64,000 nucleotides of DNA from the IMG/VR virus record IMGVR_UViG_3300045049_000270. One strand, written 5' to 3'. A program made the position numbers and the translations under genes. Below the pieces are notes generated by a model that worked only from the letters and a program-made list of their open reading frames with translations, searched no databases and was not told where the DNA came from. Source of the stretch: a virus. Taxonomy: Duplodnaviria > Heunggongvirae > Uroviricota > Caudoviricetes. Below are positions 1 through 9,359 of the stretch, one piece after another. Position 1 is the stretch's first letter; each line of letters begins with the position of its first letter.

Positions 1-11
1 TTAACCCCCAT

Positions 12-1031
12 ATGCCATTAACTCATATCCCGTATGATACAATTGTAAAGACATTCAAGCCAGAACACTTGGCAAGACTTAGGCAGATATTCTTTTGTGG
101 TAGTTATGGTGATCCCATAATGCATCCACAGTTTCCGGATATTCTGCGATATTTCCGTTCATGCAGCGAAAGTCTTTACTTGTATATCCATACCAATGGT
201 GGAGTGCATGATCCTGATTATTGGTCAGAAATAGGTCGTATAATTGGTACGCAGGGTAAGATAGATTTTGGTATTGATGGCTTGGTTGACACCAATCATA
301 TCTATCGGCAAAATGTAAAGTTTGAAAAGGTGATTGAAAACGCTCAAGCATTTATTCGTTCTGGTGGTATTGCACAATGGAACTTCATTGTATTTGAACA
401 CAATGAACATCAAGTTGAAGAAGCACATCGGATGTCTAAGGAATTAGGCTTCAAATCGTTTCTCGCGCGGAATACTGGTCGGTTCTTCAATCACACTACC
501 GTAGAAGAAATGCATGAATGGCCTGCTCAAAATAGAAAGGGTGAAATCACCCACGTTTTACGATTGCCCAAAAATACATCATTTCGAAATAAGAGCATGT
601 TGTTTCTACCAGATATCAAGAAAGAATATGGTGATATGCGAGATTATTTTAATACCACACCAATAGTATGTGATGCATTATTGGGTAAGAAAGTGATTAT
701 ATCAGCTGAAGGGTTAGTGTTGCCATGTAATTTTTTCACGCATAATTTGTATGACATGCGTTTCAAAAATCCTGCAATATTACCAGGAGCAAATGATTTA
801 AGTTTTGTGAATGGTAAAAATCAGGTTGAAATATTCGTTAACAAATACAAAGAAGCACTCAATATCAACAATAAATCACTCGAAGATATTTTCAAATTAC
901 CATTCTGGAATGAATTGGTTGAATCGTGGAATAAATCGTTGAGTGATGGAAGAATTTTCGAATGTGCGATGACTTGCGGTTCGAAGCTTAAAAAGGTCTG
1001 GGATCAATCAAAGGATAATTTAGAAAGATGA
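12..1031 (+). CDS. Radical SAM protein with C-terminal SPASM/twitch-like Cys cluster; probably 5'-truncated by the window edge
   Basis: FCGSYGDP, HTNGG, FGIDG, WNFIVF motifs and late Cys residues (LPCNF, ECAMTCG). CxxxCxxC is absent and the frame is open to base 3. Confidence 0.8.
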   Translation: MPLTHIPYDTIVKTFKPEHLARLRQIFFCGSYGDPIMHPQFPDILRYFRSCSESLYLYIHTNGGVHDPDYWSEIGRIIGTQGKIDFGIDGLVDTNHIYRQNVKFEKVIENAQAFIRSGGIAQWNFIVFEHNEHQVEEAHRMSKELGFKSFLARNTGRFFNHTTVEEMHEWPAQNRKGEITHVLRLPKNTSFRNKSMLFLPDIKKEYGDMRDYFNTTPIVCDALLGKKVIISAEGLVLPCNFFTHNLYDMRFKNPAILPGANDLSFVNGKNQVEIFVNKYKEALNINNKSLEDIFKLPFWNELVESWNKSLSDGRIFECAMTCGSKLKKVWDQSKDNLER

Positions 1032-1621
1032 AATATTTGATTACTGGCGGTAGTCGAGGTCTTGGTAAACATTTGGTAGATGCCTTCAACGGCACTTCAT
1101 TGTCTCGTACAGAGAATGGTATGGATATCACAAAGGATGATATTCAAAACCGAATCGCGACAATGAGTTTGGATTATGATGTATTCATCAACAATGCATT
1201 TGATGGTCCGCCACACGAAGACCACGCTAATTTTGCCCAAACTACGTTGTTATGGAAAGTATACCAAATCTGGCAAAACGCAGGTAAGCAAGGTTATATC
1301 TTCAACATTGGTAGTTCTGGGTCAAAGACCATTGTTAGTCCTAACCCAATGTTTGAAACCTATAGAAGCAGTAAAGCTGCTTTGGAATTCGCCAGCAAGC
1401 AATGCACTAAAGCATTTAGGGACAACCTAGTACCGTTTAAAACGACGCTGGTTACGTTGGATCGACTTGATACTGAACTTGTGCGTTCTCGTTCATCATG
1501 GACTGGTAACGGCGTGAATTTAGATGACGTTGTTACTTTTATCAAGTATGCAACATCAATCAGTGCAAATACTGTGATTGAAGAAACCACAATTTTTGTG
1601 AATCTAAATTACAGTCACTAA
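1028..1621 (+). CDS. Short-chain dehydrogenase/reductase (SDR)
   Basis: ITGGSRGLG, INNA, NIGS and YxxxK (YRSSK); ATGA overlap with the upstream gene. Confidence 0.85.
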   Translation: MKYLITGGSRGLGKHLVDAFNGTSLSRTENGMDITKDDIQNRIATMSLDYDVFINNAFDGPPHEDHANFAQTTLLWKVYQIWQNAGKQGYIFNIGSSGSKTIVSPNPMFETYRSSKAALEFASKQCTKAFRDNLVPFKTTLVTLDRLDTELVRSRSSWTGNGVNLDDVVTFIKYATSISANTVIEETTIFVNLNYSH

Positions 1622-1637
1622 ATAATAATACTTCAAG

Positions 1638-2024
1638 GTGATGGATATGACAAAAGACGAACTCCAAACTATTTTCAAAGAGCAGATTGCGGCTGGTATA
1701 ACCACCATTTTCTTCATGTTGTATGAAGATACTGGTAATGGTGGTACGAAGTGTGTTATGGAGAGTGGATCTCTTGCTGATCTGGATGCATTAGCTACCA
1801 CTCTTGCTGAATATAACTATGTTGATCCAAACAATACACCAACAATTATGCCGTCGTTTGTAAGCAATATGGCTAAGGTGGCAGTGACTAATGCGTTAGT
1901 TCCTATCATTAACCCTCCGACACCAACTGTGACATCTATACCTGAGACAACTATTTCTTCTAGTACTCCAGAAACGACGACAACCACATCGTCTTCAACT
2001 GCATCGAGCACACCTACTGCTTAA
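1638..2024 (+). CDS. Hypothetical protein with Ser/Thr-rich tail
   Basis: 128-aa ORF preceded by TAAATA and AAGGTG. Confidence 0.6.
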   Translation: MMDMTKDELQTIFKEQIAAGITTIFFMLYEDTGNGGTKCVMESGSLADLDALATTLAEYNYVDPNNTPTIMPSFVSNMAKVAVTNALVPIINPPTPTVTSIPETTISSSTPETTTTTSSSTASSTPTA

Positions 2025-3369
2025 CTCGTTGAGATGCGCGTTTACGTAAGTATTTGCGCATCGTTTCTTTTGACAGCACGCCACTGCCATACAGCGAAAA
2101 AACGTGAATAGCATCGCGAAAGCCTTCGCCAATCTGTTCTTGTGTTAATAATTTATAAAGCTTCAACGCATATTCTTTTCGTTCTGCTTGTGGATCGCAA
2201 GCAACTGCCAATGCTTGAGCGAAACGCAGAACATTGTTCTTGATCTCACCCCACATGGTGACATAATCGCCACCCATACTTCTAAATTCAACATAGTTAT
2301 GATGCATGTTTACGCTGAAATATTTCGAGAGATTACGTTCACGCATTGTTTTACCAGCCATATCAAGTAAGCCTTTTTGCAGTAATTCAAATGCTCTTGT
2401 TGTCTCACCACGTGCAACCAAACCAGAAAGATCTTGTATTGAACTCTGAGCATAACTGTTTGCTTCACGACCGAATTGTTTGAGCACGTGAGCATCACCC
2501 AAGAATAAAACCAGCTTAGTATAATCAACTTTCTTATCTGGAATGCTCAAGTTGATGTGTAAACCAGTCGAATCATTCGTATAAGCGTGGTAGTCAATGT
2601 AGTGAAATGTGTTCTCTAAATCTGCCATCATATCATTTAATGGCATTGGTGGACTTATAATTTCAACACCCATATCAGTTGAATCATCTGGGACTAAACT
2701 ACTGTCAGGCTCAATATGGTAAGTACCTTCAAATCGATCCCCACCATGTTCATGATTTACAACAACCTTTTTACCAATGTGATTACTGAGTTCCTCGGCG
2801 GCATCCTGCGCAACATAACCATCCCATTTGAGACCTGCTTCTTCATCTGCTGCCATGTGTGGCCATGCTAGATCAAAATGTTCACCAATTTCACGCCAAT
2901 CTGTAATCTTTCCGGCTTGCCAAAAGAACTGATGCAAAGACAAATCATTTTTATACTCAGCTATTTCATCCAATAAATCTATAGCGTCATTTTTAAAATC
3001 CTCGATTGGCAACTGATCTTCATACGCTTTTCCGCTGTTATAAGCAAACATAAGTTCTTCAGCTTTATCCTTAAGATGCTCTTCAATCCAATTACTAATT
3101 GTGGCTTTTTTCCAATCTTCGTATTCACGTTCAAGGTTACGAAATTCTCTTGAATGACGTGGATCAACTTCAAAGAAGCTGGCAACATCATACAAATCGA
3201 TATTGTATTCAAATCTTCCGTCATTTGAATAGTCTGGTTGCTTATCGGCAGCATCACGAACGTCAGCCAGAATACATTCAGCTTCGAAGCCACCAATGAT
3301 GTCTTGGCCACCGGTCTCACCAAACTTAGCCAAGTGGCTTGGACTCATTTTCAGTTCATTTAAGCGCAT
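2014..3369 (-). CDS. Putative amidoligase (COOH-NH2 ligase-type) family protein
   Basis: GFEAE, EPDSSL, GVEIISPP, TGLHINLS and VEFRSMGG motifs; TAAATA upstream. Confidence 0.75.
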   Translation of the reverse strand: MRLNELKMSPSHLAKFGETGGQDIIGGFEAECILADVRDAADKQPDYSNDGRFEYNIDLYDVASFFEVDPRHSREFRNLEREYEDWKKATISNWIEEHLKDKAEELMFAYNSGKAYEDQLPIEDFKNDAIDLLDEIAEYKNDLSLHQFFWQAGKITDWREIGEHFDLAWPHMAADEEAGLKWDGYVAQDAAEELSNHIGKKVVVNHEHGGDRFEGTYHIEPDSSLVPDDSTDMGVEIISPPMPLNDMMADLENTFHYIDYHAYTNDSTGLHINLSIPDKKVDYTKLVLFLGDAHVLKQFGREANSYAQSSIQDLSGLVARGETTRAFELLQKGLLDMAGKTMRERNLSKYFSVNMHHNYVEFRSMGGDYVTMWGEIKNNVLRFAQALAVACDPQAERKEYALKLYKLLTQEQIGEGFRDAIHVFSLYGSGVLSKETMRKYLRKRASQRVKQ

Positions 3370-3456
3370 AACTAACCCATTAACGTTGTGTTTTATCTTC
3401 TATTTACAGAATTGGCGCCACATTGCATAATTGGCTTACTACTATAACAACTTGAG

Positions 3457-3750
3457 TTGCGAATGAAAATCATTGATGACCTTTCTCTACCAGTTACTGA
3501 AATTTTCATGGTTAAGGCTGCTGATATCGAAAATCTTTTGGTAGAAGTATACGATGCCAAGAATTCAACAATCAGTTTGGGTGGAAATTTAGTTGAATTT
3601 GTTGTCACTGGGCATGGCAATGCCAAAGATGCAGAAGAAACAATCAAAAACAACGATATGTGGTTAACAATCCAAGATCTCCAAATTCTTCTAGATGATA
3701 TGGCAGACATGGGTTATGTTAAGACTGGTACATATGTGGTGAAAAAATGA
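3457..3750 (+). CDS. Hypothetical protein
   Basis: ORF downstream of a promoter-like site; ATGA-coupled to the next gene. Confidence 0.55.
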   Translation: MRMKIIDDLSLPVTEIFMVKAADIENLLVEVYDAKNSTISLGGNLVEFVVTGHGNAKDAEETIKNNDMWLTIQDLQILLDDMADMGYVKTGTYVVKK

Positions 3751-4118
3751 ACATTTTCTTCCTGTTATTCTTGTTTCAAATCAAACATTTCATCTGTGAT
3801 TATTACTTACAAAGCCAGGCGCAAATAAAGACGAAAGGTCAGTATGGTAATTTAGTAGGTCTGGGCCATACACTTGAGCATGTAATAGGTACCATGATCA
3901 TTCTGATGCCCTTCCTGTTTGTAGAATTCCCTGTTGGTCTAATGATTCTTGCCTTGTTTGACGGTTTGATTCATTATCATTGCGATTATATCAAAACCAA
4001 GTTTGGATCAAAGAATCCTTCTGAACCAATTTTCTGGCATGAGCTAGGTTTAGATCAGCTTGTGCATCAACTCACATATGCGGTAATCATTTATGGCGTC
4101 TTTATCCTCATCACTTAA
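3747..4118 (+). CDS. DUF3307-like membrane protein
   Basis: KHFICDYYLQ, HxxxH, HYHCDYIK and LGLDQLVH motifs. Confidence 0.75.
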   Translation: MNIFFLLFLFQIKHFICDYYLQSQAQIKTKGQYGNLVGLGHTLEHVIGTMIILMPFLFVEFPVGLMILALFDGLIHYHCDYIKTKFGSKNPSEPIFWHELGLDQLVHQLTYAVIIYGVFILIT

Positions 4119-4413
4119 AGAAATTATACCTTATACCTATCGAGAGCTTGAAGGTGAAGAAAAACAATTCATTCTTGATATGATCAAAGGCATGCGTTCG
4201 TCAATTGAAGGATGTGGAACGCACATTTGCCATCGTAGATTCCTAATCGACAATCGCATCTACCAAGTTCTAACTACCATTGATGGGACCGTACTTACAG
4301 TTCAGGAATGTATACCAAATGAATTCAAAGATAAGCCTAATGTAGGCACTTCAAATCGCGACCTCTTCAGATAAATATTGAACCGGATATATCCGGTTCA
4401 ATAGGAGAGAAAA

Positions 4414-4731
4414 ATGTTTACACGTACTTTGACATACAATCGTGTCAATACAAGCACCGAATTTGTATTGCAAGGTGGCAATTCAACTGATCTGGCCACA
4501 CATACTTCAATCTTGAATGCTCGTTCAACAGCAACTGGTTTCCAAGGTGAAACAACTACTACATCGGCTGACAATCTATCAATTTCCTATGTGTCAACAT
4601 GGGCATCAGCTGCTGATTACAATGCATTCTACACAGCCAATAAGGCAAATATTGATGCTTGGGTTGCTTATAAGAATCAATACAATGCTTTGAATTTCAT
4701 TGGTATGATTGACAAACACGTTGGTCAATAA
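4414..4731 (+). CDS. Hypothetical late protein
   Basis: TAAATA, palindrome and AGGAG upstream; terminator downstream. Confidence 0.65.
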   Translation: MFTRTLTYNRVNTSTEFVLQGGNSTDLATHTSILNARSTATGFQGETTTTSADNLSISYVSTWASAADYNAFYTANKANIDAWVAYKNQYNALNFIGMIDKHVGQ

Positions 4732-4751
4732 GCTGTAACCTTCATGGTATC

Positions 4752-4779
4752 TTGGGGAGCAAGCGCTCCCCAATTTTTT
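4752..4779 (+). terminator. Rho-independent terminator
   Basis: TTGGGGAGC-AAGC-GCTCCCCAA followed by TTTTT. Confidence 0.7.
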
Positions 4780-4851
4780 AACCAAAAGTACTTGACAACT
4801 GGCATGCCAAATGTAGAATAGCTGCTGTTTAACAACACTTGAGAAACACAA

Positions 4852-5031
4852 ATGAAACTGGCAAAAGGTATCAAAGTTCCCACATCAGTAAAGATCGCGG
4901 CAGCATTGCGTCATCCCACCGATCGTCATGCGGAAAAGTCTGCCATTCGCGCCGAAGCTGCGGCTATTCATGCAAATGAAATTCGCGCAAAGTCACGTGG
5001 CAAAGATAAGAAAGAAGACGAAGCCAAGTAA
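4852..5031 (+). CDS. Small basic protein (59 aa), absent from the ORF track
   Basis: MKLAKGIKVP...KDKKEDEAK*; TTGACA...TAGAAT promoter at ~4792-4819. Confidence 0.65.
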   Translation: MKLAKGIKVPTSVKIAAALRHPTDRHAEKSAIRAEAAAIHANEIRAKSRGKDKKEDEAK

Positions 5032-5103
5032 GAGCTTAATAAATTAACCCGCATCTTATCCCGGTTCGTCCGGGATTCTTTACAGTTATAGTTCAAAATT
5101 CAA

Positions 5104-5367
5104 ATGAACGCTGAACAAATCTACAAGCATACATTTGAACAATTGGGCGCTGGTGATAATATAAATGCCAAGATGGCCCTGGAATTGGGTACAAAAGCAC
5201 AATCACCAAATATACAAAATATTTGTGGTGCGTTGCGTCGAGCCAATGCAGAATTGATAGAAGCTCTATCAATCAATGATTTGAAATGGACAAGTCGCAC
5301 TGATCAAGCAATTGAACGAGCACGTGCAGAAATCACGAATGCTTTAGTTTTACTGGAGGTAAAATAA
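5104..5367 (+). CDS. Hypothetical protein
   Basis: ORF in a tightly packed + strand run. Confidence 0.5.
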   Translation: MNAEQIYKHTFEQLGAGDNINAKMALELGTKAQSPNIQNICGALRRANAELIEALSINDLKWTSRTDQAIERARAEITNALVLLEVK

Positions 5368-6278
5368 AATGTGGACACTTGTAGTGATTACAACATTCTT
5401 TGTGCGTGGTACGGGTCAAAATGCTGATATTTATTCGTTTTCTCCAGTAGTGTCACAAGCAGAATGTCAGGTACTGAAGGGGTGGGTTGATAAGCTTGAA
5501 ACTGGTCAATCAGAGAATAAAGTAACCACCTTCTGTGTGCCTATTTCAAAATGATTTACTTGGCTTTGCTTGCCATAGCAATTTCAATTGCTATGTTTGC
5601 TTTTTGTATTCGGTCCGTCAAAGAAGTTGATCGACTGATAAAAGAATATTCAAAAGAACAATAAAATGAACGTTCAAGAACTGATTAATAAGCTGCTCAA
5701 GGGCATCACAGATGGATCAATTGACGGTACTGCAAATGTATACGTTCAACATCCATATGATCCAAAGTTAATCGTTGATGCTTCGAAAGTTGCAGTAGAA
5801 AAAGTAGGCCACATCAGTCGTCGCATCATTATTAAGCCATAAAAGCTTGAGCTGCATGTTGCAACGCAGTATAATTGGCGTGAAAAATTCGGAGTGAAAC
5901 ATGCAGCCAGATCTTACAAGCAGCGTCATCCAAGCTTGGATGATTGTCACTATCAGTCTGTTCGTTCTTGCCGTAGTGGAACGACAAATACGCAAATATG
6001 GCGTACCAAAGATACGTTTTCGCAAGCGTAAATCGTGATATGATCAAGCTGCTCATAACTCTTCTACTCTGTTTCTCGCTGAACGTAGCCAACGCAGAGC
6101 AACACACATCAACTCCTCATTCCGCTAGTTCCACAGTGCATACATCATCTGATCATAAGATGACTGATGACGAAAAACTGATGGCTGGTTTCATTATTCT
6201 AGTTTACTTTGTGCTATGTGAATGGTACATTTAATGCCAGTTCTGGTATAACGGCCGGTAATTTTTGTTCCCAGCCGT

Positions 6279-6300
6279 TGCCATTTGTGTATAATTGGCA
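6279..6300 (+). promoter_or_regulatory. TGCCA...TATAAT-TGGCA promoter motif (class A)
   Basis: Near-identical copies at 13517-13538 and 28612-28634. Confidence 0.65.
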
Positions 6301-6324
6301 GTAACAACCTTATTACACAAACAA

Positions 6325-6795
6325 ATGGCATACGTTGATAAAGGTGAACAGATCTCAGGCTTGAAAAAGCGATTGACGAGAATTGATTCAGACATTGATG
6401 ATATCAGGGCAGAACAAACGCGCCTCAACACTCAGATGAGTGATTTGCTGGCTGAAAAGCAACGATTAGAACAACTGATTGCATCTCTCATTCCAAAGAA
6501 ATTGACTGTTTCAGATCATGCCATTCTGCGTTATGTTGAACGTGTTATGGGTATTGATATTGAGCAGATTCGTAATACGATCGCAAGTGAAAAAGTAGAG
6601 CAAACGGTTGCTACTTTAGGTGATAGTAAGGTACCACTTGGTAATGGAGCTTATGCGGTTGTCAAAAATCATTCAGTTGTTACAGTGACTACAAGTGATA
6701 CCAAACAAGTTCGGAAAAAGATAAAACGAACACCAATGTCTCGTGATCGTTTTAGAGATGATTCAGATGATGGGTTGGAAGAGGTGGCAAATTGA
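6325..6795 (+). CDS. Coiled-coil plus 'VSDHAILRYVER' domain phage protein
   Basis: Heptad N-terminus and HAILRY motif; start refined to the ATG after the promoter. Confidence 0.6.
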   Translation: MAYVDKGEQISGLKKRLTRIDSDIDDIRAEQTRLNTQMSDLLAEKQRLEQLIASLIPKKLTVSDHAILRYVERVMGIDIEQIRNTIASEKVEQTVATLGDSKVPLGNGAYAVVKNHSVVTVTTSDTKQVRKKIKRTPMSRDRFRDDSDDGLEEVAN

Positions 6796-7085
6796 GCTAT
6801 AACCAAATTTATGATGTTGGTGACCTTGTTATTAATCACCGGCGTCAGATTCATAAAGTTACCAAAATTACGCATACAAATGCTGGAAGTTATTCGTGGT
6901 ATACGTATCATGCTGAACGCCTTGTCGATGGTCGTGGTAACTTAATCAAAAACCGTCCAGCTGATGAAGCTACCGACTATCGTTCAAAGAAACTTGATGC
7001 AGAAGCAATCGAGCAAATGTATAAAGAAACGATTGATAAGGCAGCAAAACTTCGAGAGTTCTTGCTGAAGGAACTACAAAAATGA
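6792..7085 (+). CDS. Hypothetical protein
   Basis: Translationally coupled ORF. Confidence 0.5.
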   Translation: MSYNQIYDVGDLVINHRRQIHKVTKITHTNAGSYSWYTYHAERLVDGRGNLIKNRPADEATDYRSKKLDAEAIEQMYKETIDKAAKLREFLLKELQK

Positions 7086-7369
7086 ATCTACCAAAAGAAT
7101 TTCTGAAAGACCTAAAATACTACAAAGTGAAAGAAAAACCAGGTGTTGAATACAAAACCATTTTCATTTTGTATTTTAAGAAATGGTGGCGGTTCCCAAA
7201 GAAATTTCAATTTGAATGGGAATATCAGGGGCGCCAAGGAACACTTATGCAGTTTCGAGAAACAGACGAAATTTGTCGATTCAGAGCACAATTGGATGCT
7301 CGTATTCGAGAAATGGACAACACATATGAAAACCGGCAGAAATCCGTTCAGTTGAAGAGAATTAAATGA
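7082..7369 (+). CDS. Hypothetical protein (YK...KKW family)
   Basis: Resembles the ORFs at 7768 and 8016. Confidence 0.5.
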   Translation: MNLPKEFLKDLKYYKVKEKPGVEYKTIFILYFKKWWRFPKKFQFEWEYQGRQGTLMQFRETDEICRFRAQLDARIREMDNTYENRQKSVQLKRIK

Positions 7370-7764
7370 GTACTAAACAAGTTATCGTGGTCCGCAGAGA
7401 TCTAAATATGCCGGTTGGTAAAATCGCGGCACAAGTAGCTCATGCTGCTATGGGCGCGATCAAATCACAAATGCTTGTATCGGCATCCGATGAGAAACGT
7501 GAATATACGCTTGTCGTTGAAAATGGAACCGCATTGGAAGACTGGTGGGAAGGCATCTTCACTAAACCAGTTCTGGGGTGTAAGGACTTAGCTGAGCTAG
7601 AAGCTATCGAATCAAAAGCGATCGAAGCTGGTTTGCCAGTATGTCGCATTGTCGATAGCGGTAAGACCGTATTCAATGGTCAACCAACGGTGACATGCTT
7701 GGCAATTGGACCATGTTTCATCGGACAATTCGAAGGTATCACCAGCCATCTGCGTTTATACTAA
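7366..7764 (+). CDS. pth2: Peptidyl-tRNA hydrolase, PTH2 type
   Basis: KQVIVVRRDLNMPVGKIAAQVAHA, DSGKT, TVTCLAIGP and ITSHLRLY. Confidence 0.92.
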   Translation: MSTKQVIVVRRDLNMPVGKIAAQVAHAAMGAIKSQMLVSASDEKREYTLVVENGTALEDWWEGIFTKPVLGCKDLAELEAIESKAIEAGLPVCRIVDSGKTVFNGQPTVTCLAIGPCFIGQFEGITSHLRLY

Positions 7765-7767
7765 ATT

Positions 7768-8019
7768 ATGGTCAAATACAAGATTGAAGAAGAACGTCCC
7801 GGTTTCTTCAGGGTATATAAAAAGAAATGGATCTTTTGGCGCATTTGTTGCGAAGATATCGGTTTTGACATGCTTCGTTTAAGATTCAAAACAAAAGCCG
7901 AAGCTGAGGCTTATATCAAAGCAGATATAGATGGTGAGAATAAACCATTCAAAACTAAAAGATATTTGTATGATGATTGTGGCGAACAGATTGTTTATGG
8001 TGATAATATTGGAAGATGA
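7768..8019 (+). CDS. Hypothetical protein, tandem paralogue 1
   Basis: YKI...F.vY.kK..FW...EAE.Y...K.FK.K.Y.Y...G pattern shared with 8016. Confidence 0.55.
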   Translation: MVKYKIEEERPGFFRVYKKKWIFWRICCEDIGFDMLRLRFKTKAEAEAYIKADIDGENKPFKTKRYLYDDCGEQIVYGDNIGR

Positions 8020-8264
8020 TTATGTATAAGATCGTGGAAGTAAGACAGAATTGTTTCAAAATTTATGAACGAAAGTTTTGGTCTTGGAATTCGTTGAAAC
8101 AACCTGGTTACAATTTGCTTGAAGTTGAATGTCATTCTTTTAATGAAGCCGAACGATATTTGGCTAATTACATCGAGCATCACAAGAAATTCAAACCGAA
8201 AACCTACTTCTACGGTGAAGACGGACAACGAAGCGCCCAAAACGTTGATTCACAACATAAATGA
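8016..8264 (+). CDS. Hypothetical protein, tandem paralogue 2
   Basis: Same pattern as 7768. Confidence 0.55.
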   Translation: MIMYKIVEVRQNCFKIYERKFWSWNSLKQPGYNLLEVECHSFNEAERYLANYIEHHKKFKPKTYFYGEDGQRSAQNVDSQHK

Positions 8265-8276
8265 GCATATCATCTG

Positions 8277-8720
8277 GTGTCTATTCAACCAGGAAACAGA
8301 ATGACTACTAGCAACGATGTTAAAGCTTCGCTTGCTGCTATTGATCAACGCCGTTTCAAGGTTTGGTTCAATCCTGAAAGGTTGGCTCTTCAGGATTCGA
8401 TGAAAGCTTGCATTCACAGAGATTACCCAGTGTATTTTCTGATTCACAATCGCCAACAAGAGGTTAGCCGTGCTAACCATCTAGATGGACATCTCGATTG
8501 TGCAGCAGTACTCACGACGTGTAATTGGTTGCTTGAATATGCAACGCAGAATATTGCTAATGAATTCTTACTAAAAGCTATAGAAGATTTTATTGTTCAT
8601 TTATCTAAGCATAATTGTACCCCAATCTGGGGGCAGATGAAAGCAGAAGCAGAATATCTGCTTACAGAAGCTCAACCGATTGTTGAGCAAATGCTTGAGC
8701 TAAAACGCTGGGCGGCTTGA
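8277..8720 (+). CDS. Hypothetical protein
   Basis: ORF; likely start MTTSN after AGGA. Confidence 0.5.
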   Translation: MSIQPGNRMTTSNDVKASLAAIDQRRFKVWFNPERLALQDSMKACIHRDYPVYFLIHNRQQEVSRANHLDGHLDCAAVLTTCNWLLEYATQNIANEFLLKAIEDFIVHLSKHNCTPIWGQMKAEAEYLLTEAQPIVEQMLELKRWAA

Positions 8721-8777
8721 CTAACTGTTCATTTGGCTATAAACTGATTCTGGGTTAACCACAGGAGGCCATGTCAG

Positions 8778-9107
8778 ATGAAAAGCGCAATGGTTGAGTT
8801 GCTTAGATCCGAACACGAGATTCTTGATAAACAGATCATTCTTGGCTACGCTTGTGGCAATAGTGATCTGTTTGCGCGATACCAAGCGCTGAACTTGATC
8901 TTTGGCAGCCATCGACGTTTGCATCGTAAGCAGGTCGAGATCAAGGTAATAGAGACATCAGAAGAGCTCTTGTTGGCAGCGAAGGGCGCTTACAACCAAG
9001 TTTTGGATCTTTTCCAAAACGATGACCGGCAACGAAATACTGTTGCTGTTCATCTTGAACACATTGTCAACATGGCAGAAGGGGTTTGTAAAACAACTGC
9101 TGCTTGA
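8778..9107 (+). CDS. Hypothetical protein
   Basis: AGGAGG RBS; promoter at 8717-8745. Confidence 0.55.
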   Translation: MKSAMVELLRSEHEILDKQIILGYACGNSDLFARYQALNLIFGSHRRLHRKQVEIKVIETSEELLLAAKGAYNQVLDLFQNDDRQRNTVAVHLEHIVNMAEGVCKTTAA

Positions 9108-9132
9108 TTGGTTGTTCATATGAAGTTATACT
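9104..9132 (+). promoter_or_regulatory. Sigma70-like promoter with TTCATATGAA palindrome in the spacer (class B)
   Basis: TTGATT-17-TATACT; the same layout recurs at 5 other sites. Confidence 0.65.
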
Positions 9133-9161
9133 GGCCTCAGTTAATCGTTGAGGCCATAACC

Positions 9162-9311
9162 ATGACATCTCATAAGCTTCTATCACGTGATGAATTTCGC
9201 GAAGGAGCTTTTGCACGTGACAAGCACAAGTGCGTTTTCTGCGAACGACCTGCGCAGGATGCGCATCATAGATCAGAAGGGTCGCAATTTCTAGCGAAGC
9301 GGACGCCGTAA
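9162..9311 (+). pseudogene. Truncated duplicate of the N-terminus of the HNH-RNA ligase gene
   Basis: MTSHKLLSRDEFREGAFARDKHKCVFCERPAQDAHH vs MSNAKLLTREQFREQVFARDKHRCVFCGEPAQDAHH; homology ends at 9269. Confidence 0.8.
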
Positions 9312-9359
9312 TACTTTCGTCCGTCAGGACAATTTATTAGATAGGTATATGGTGTAGTC

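Noticed and set aside
9296-9340. Guanidine-III riboswitch or hammerhead ribozyme
   Set aside because: Shares CGGACG and TCAGGACAA words but lacks ACGAG and the 3' ACG pairing; the reverse strand has CTGACGG, not CTGANGA.
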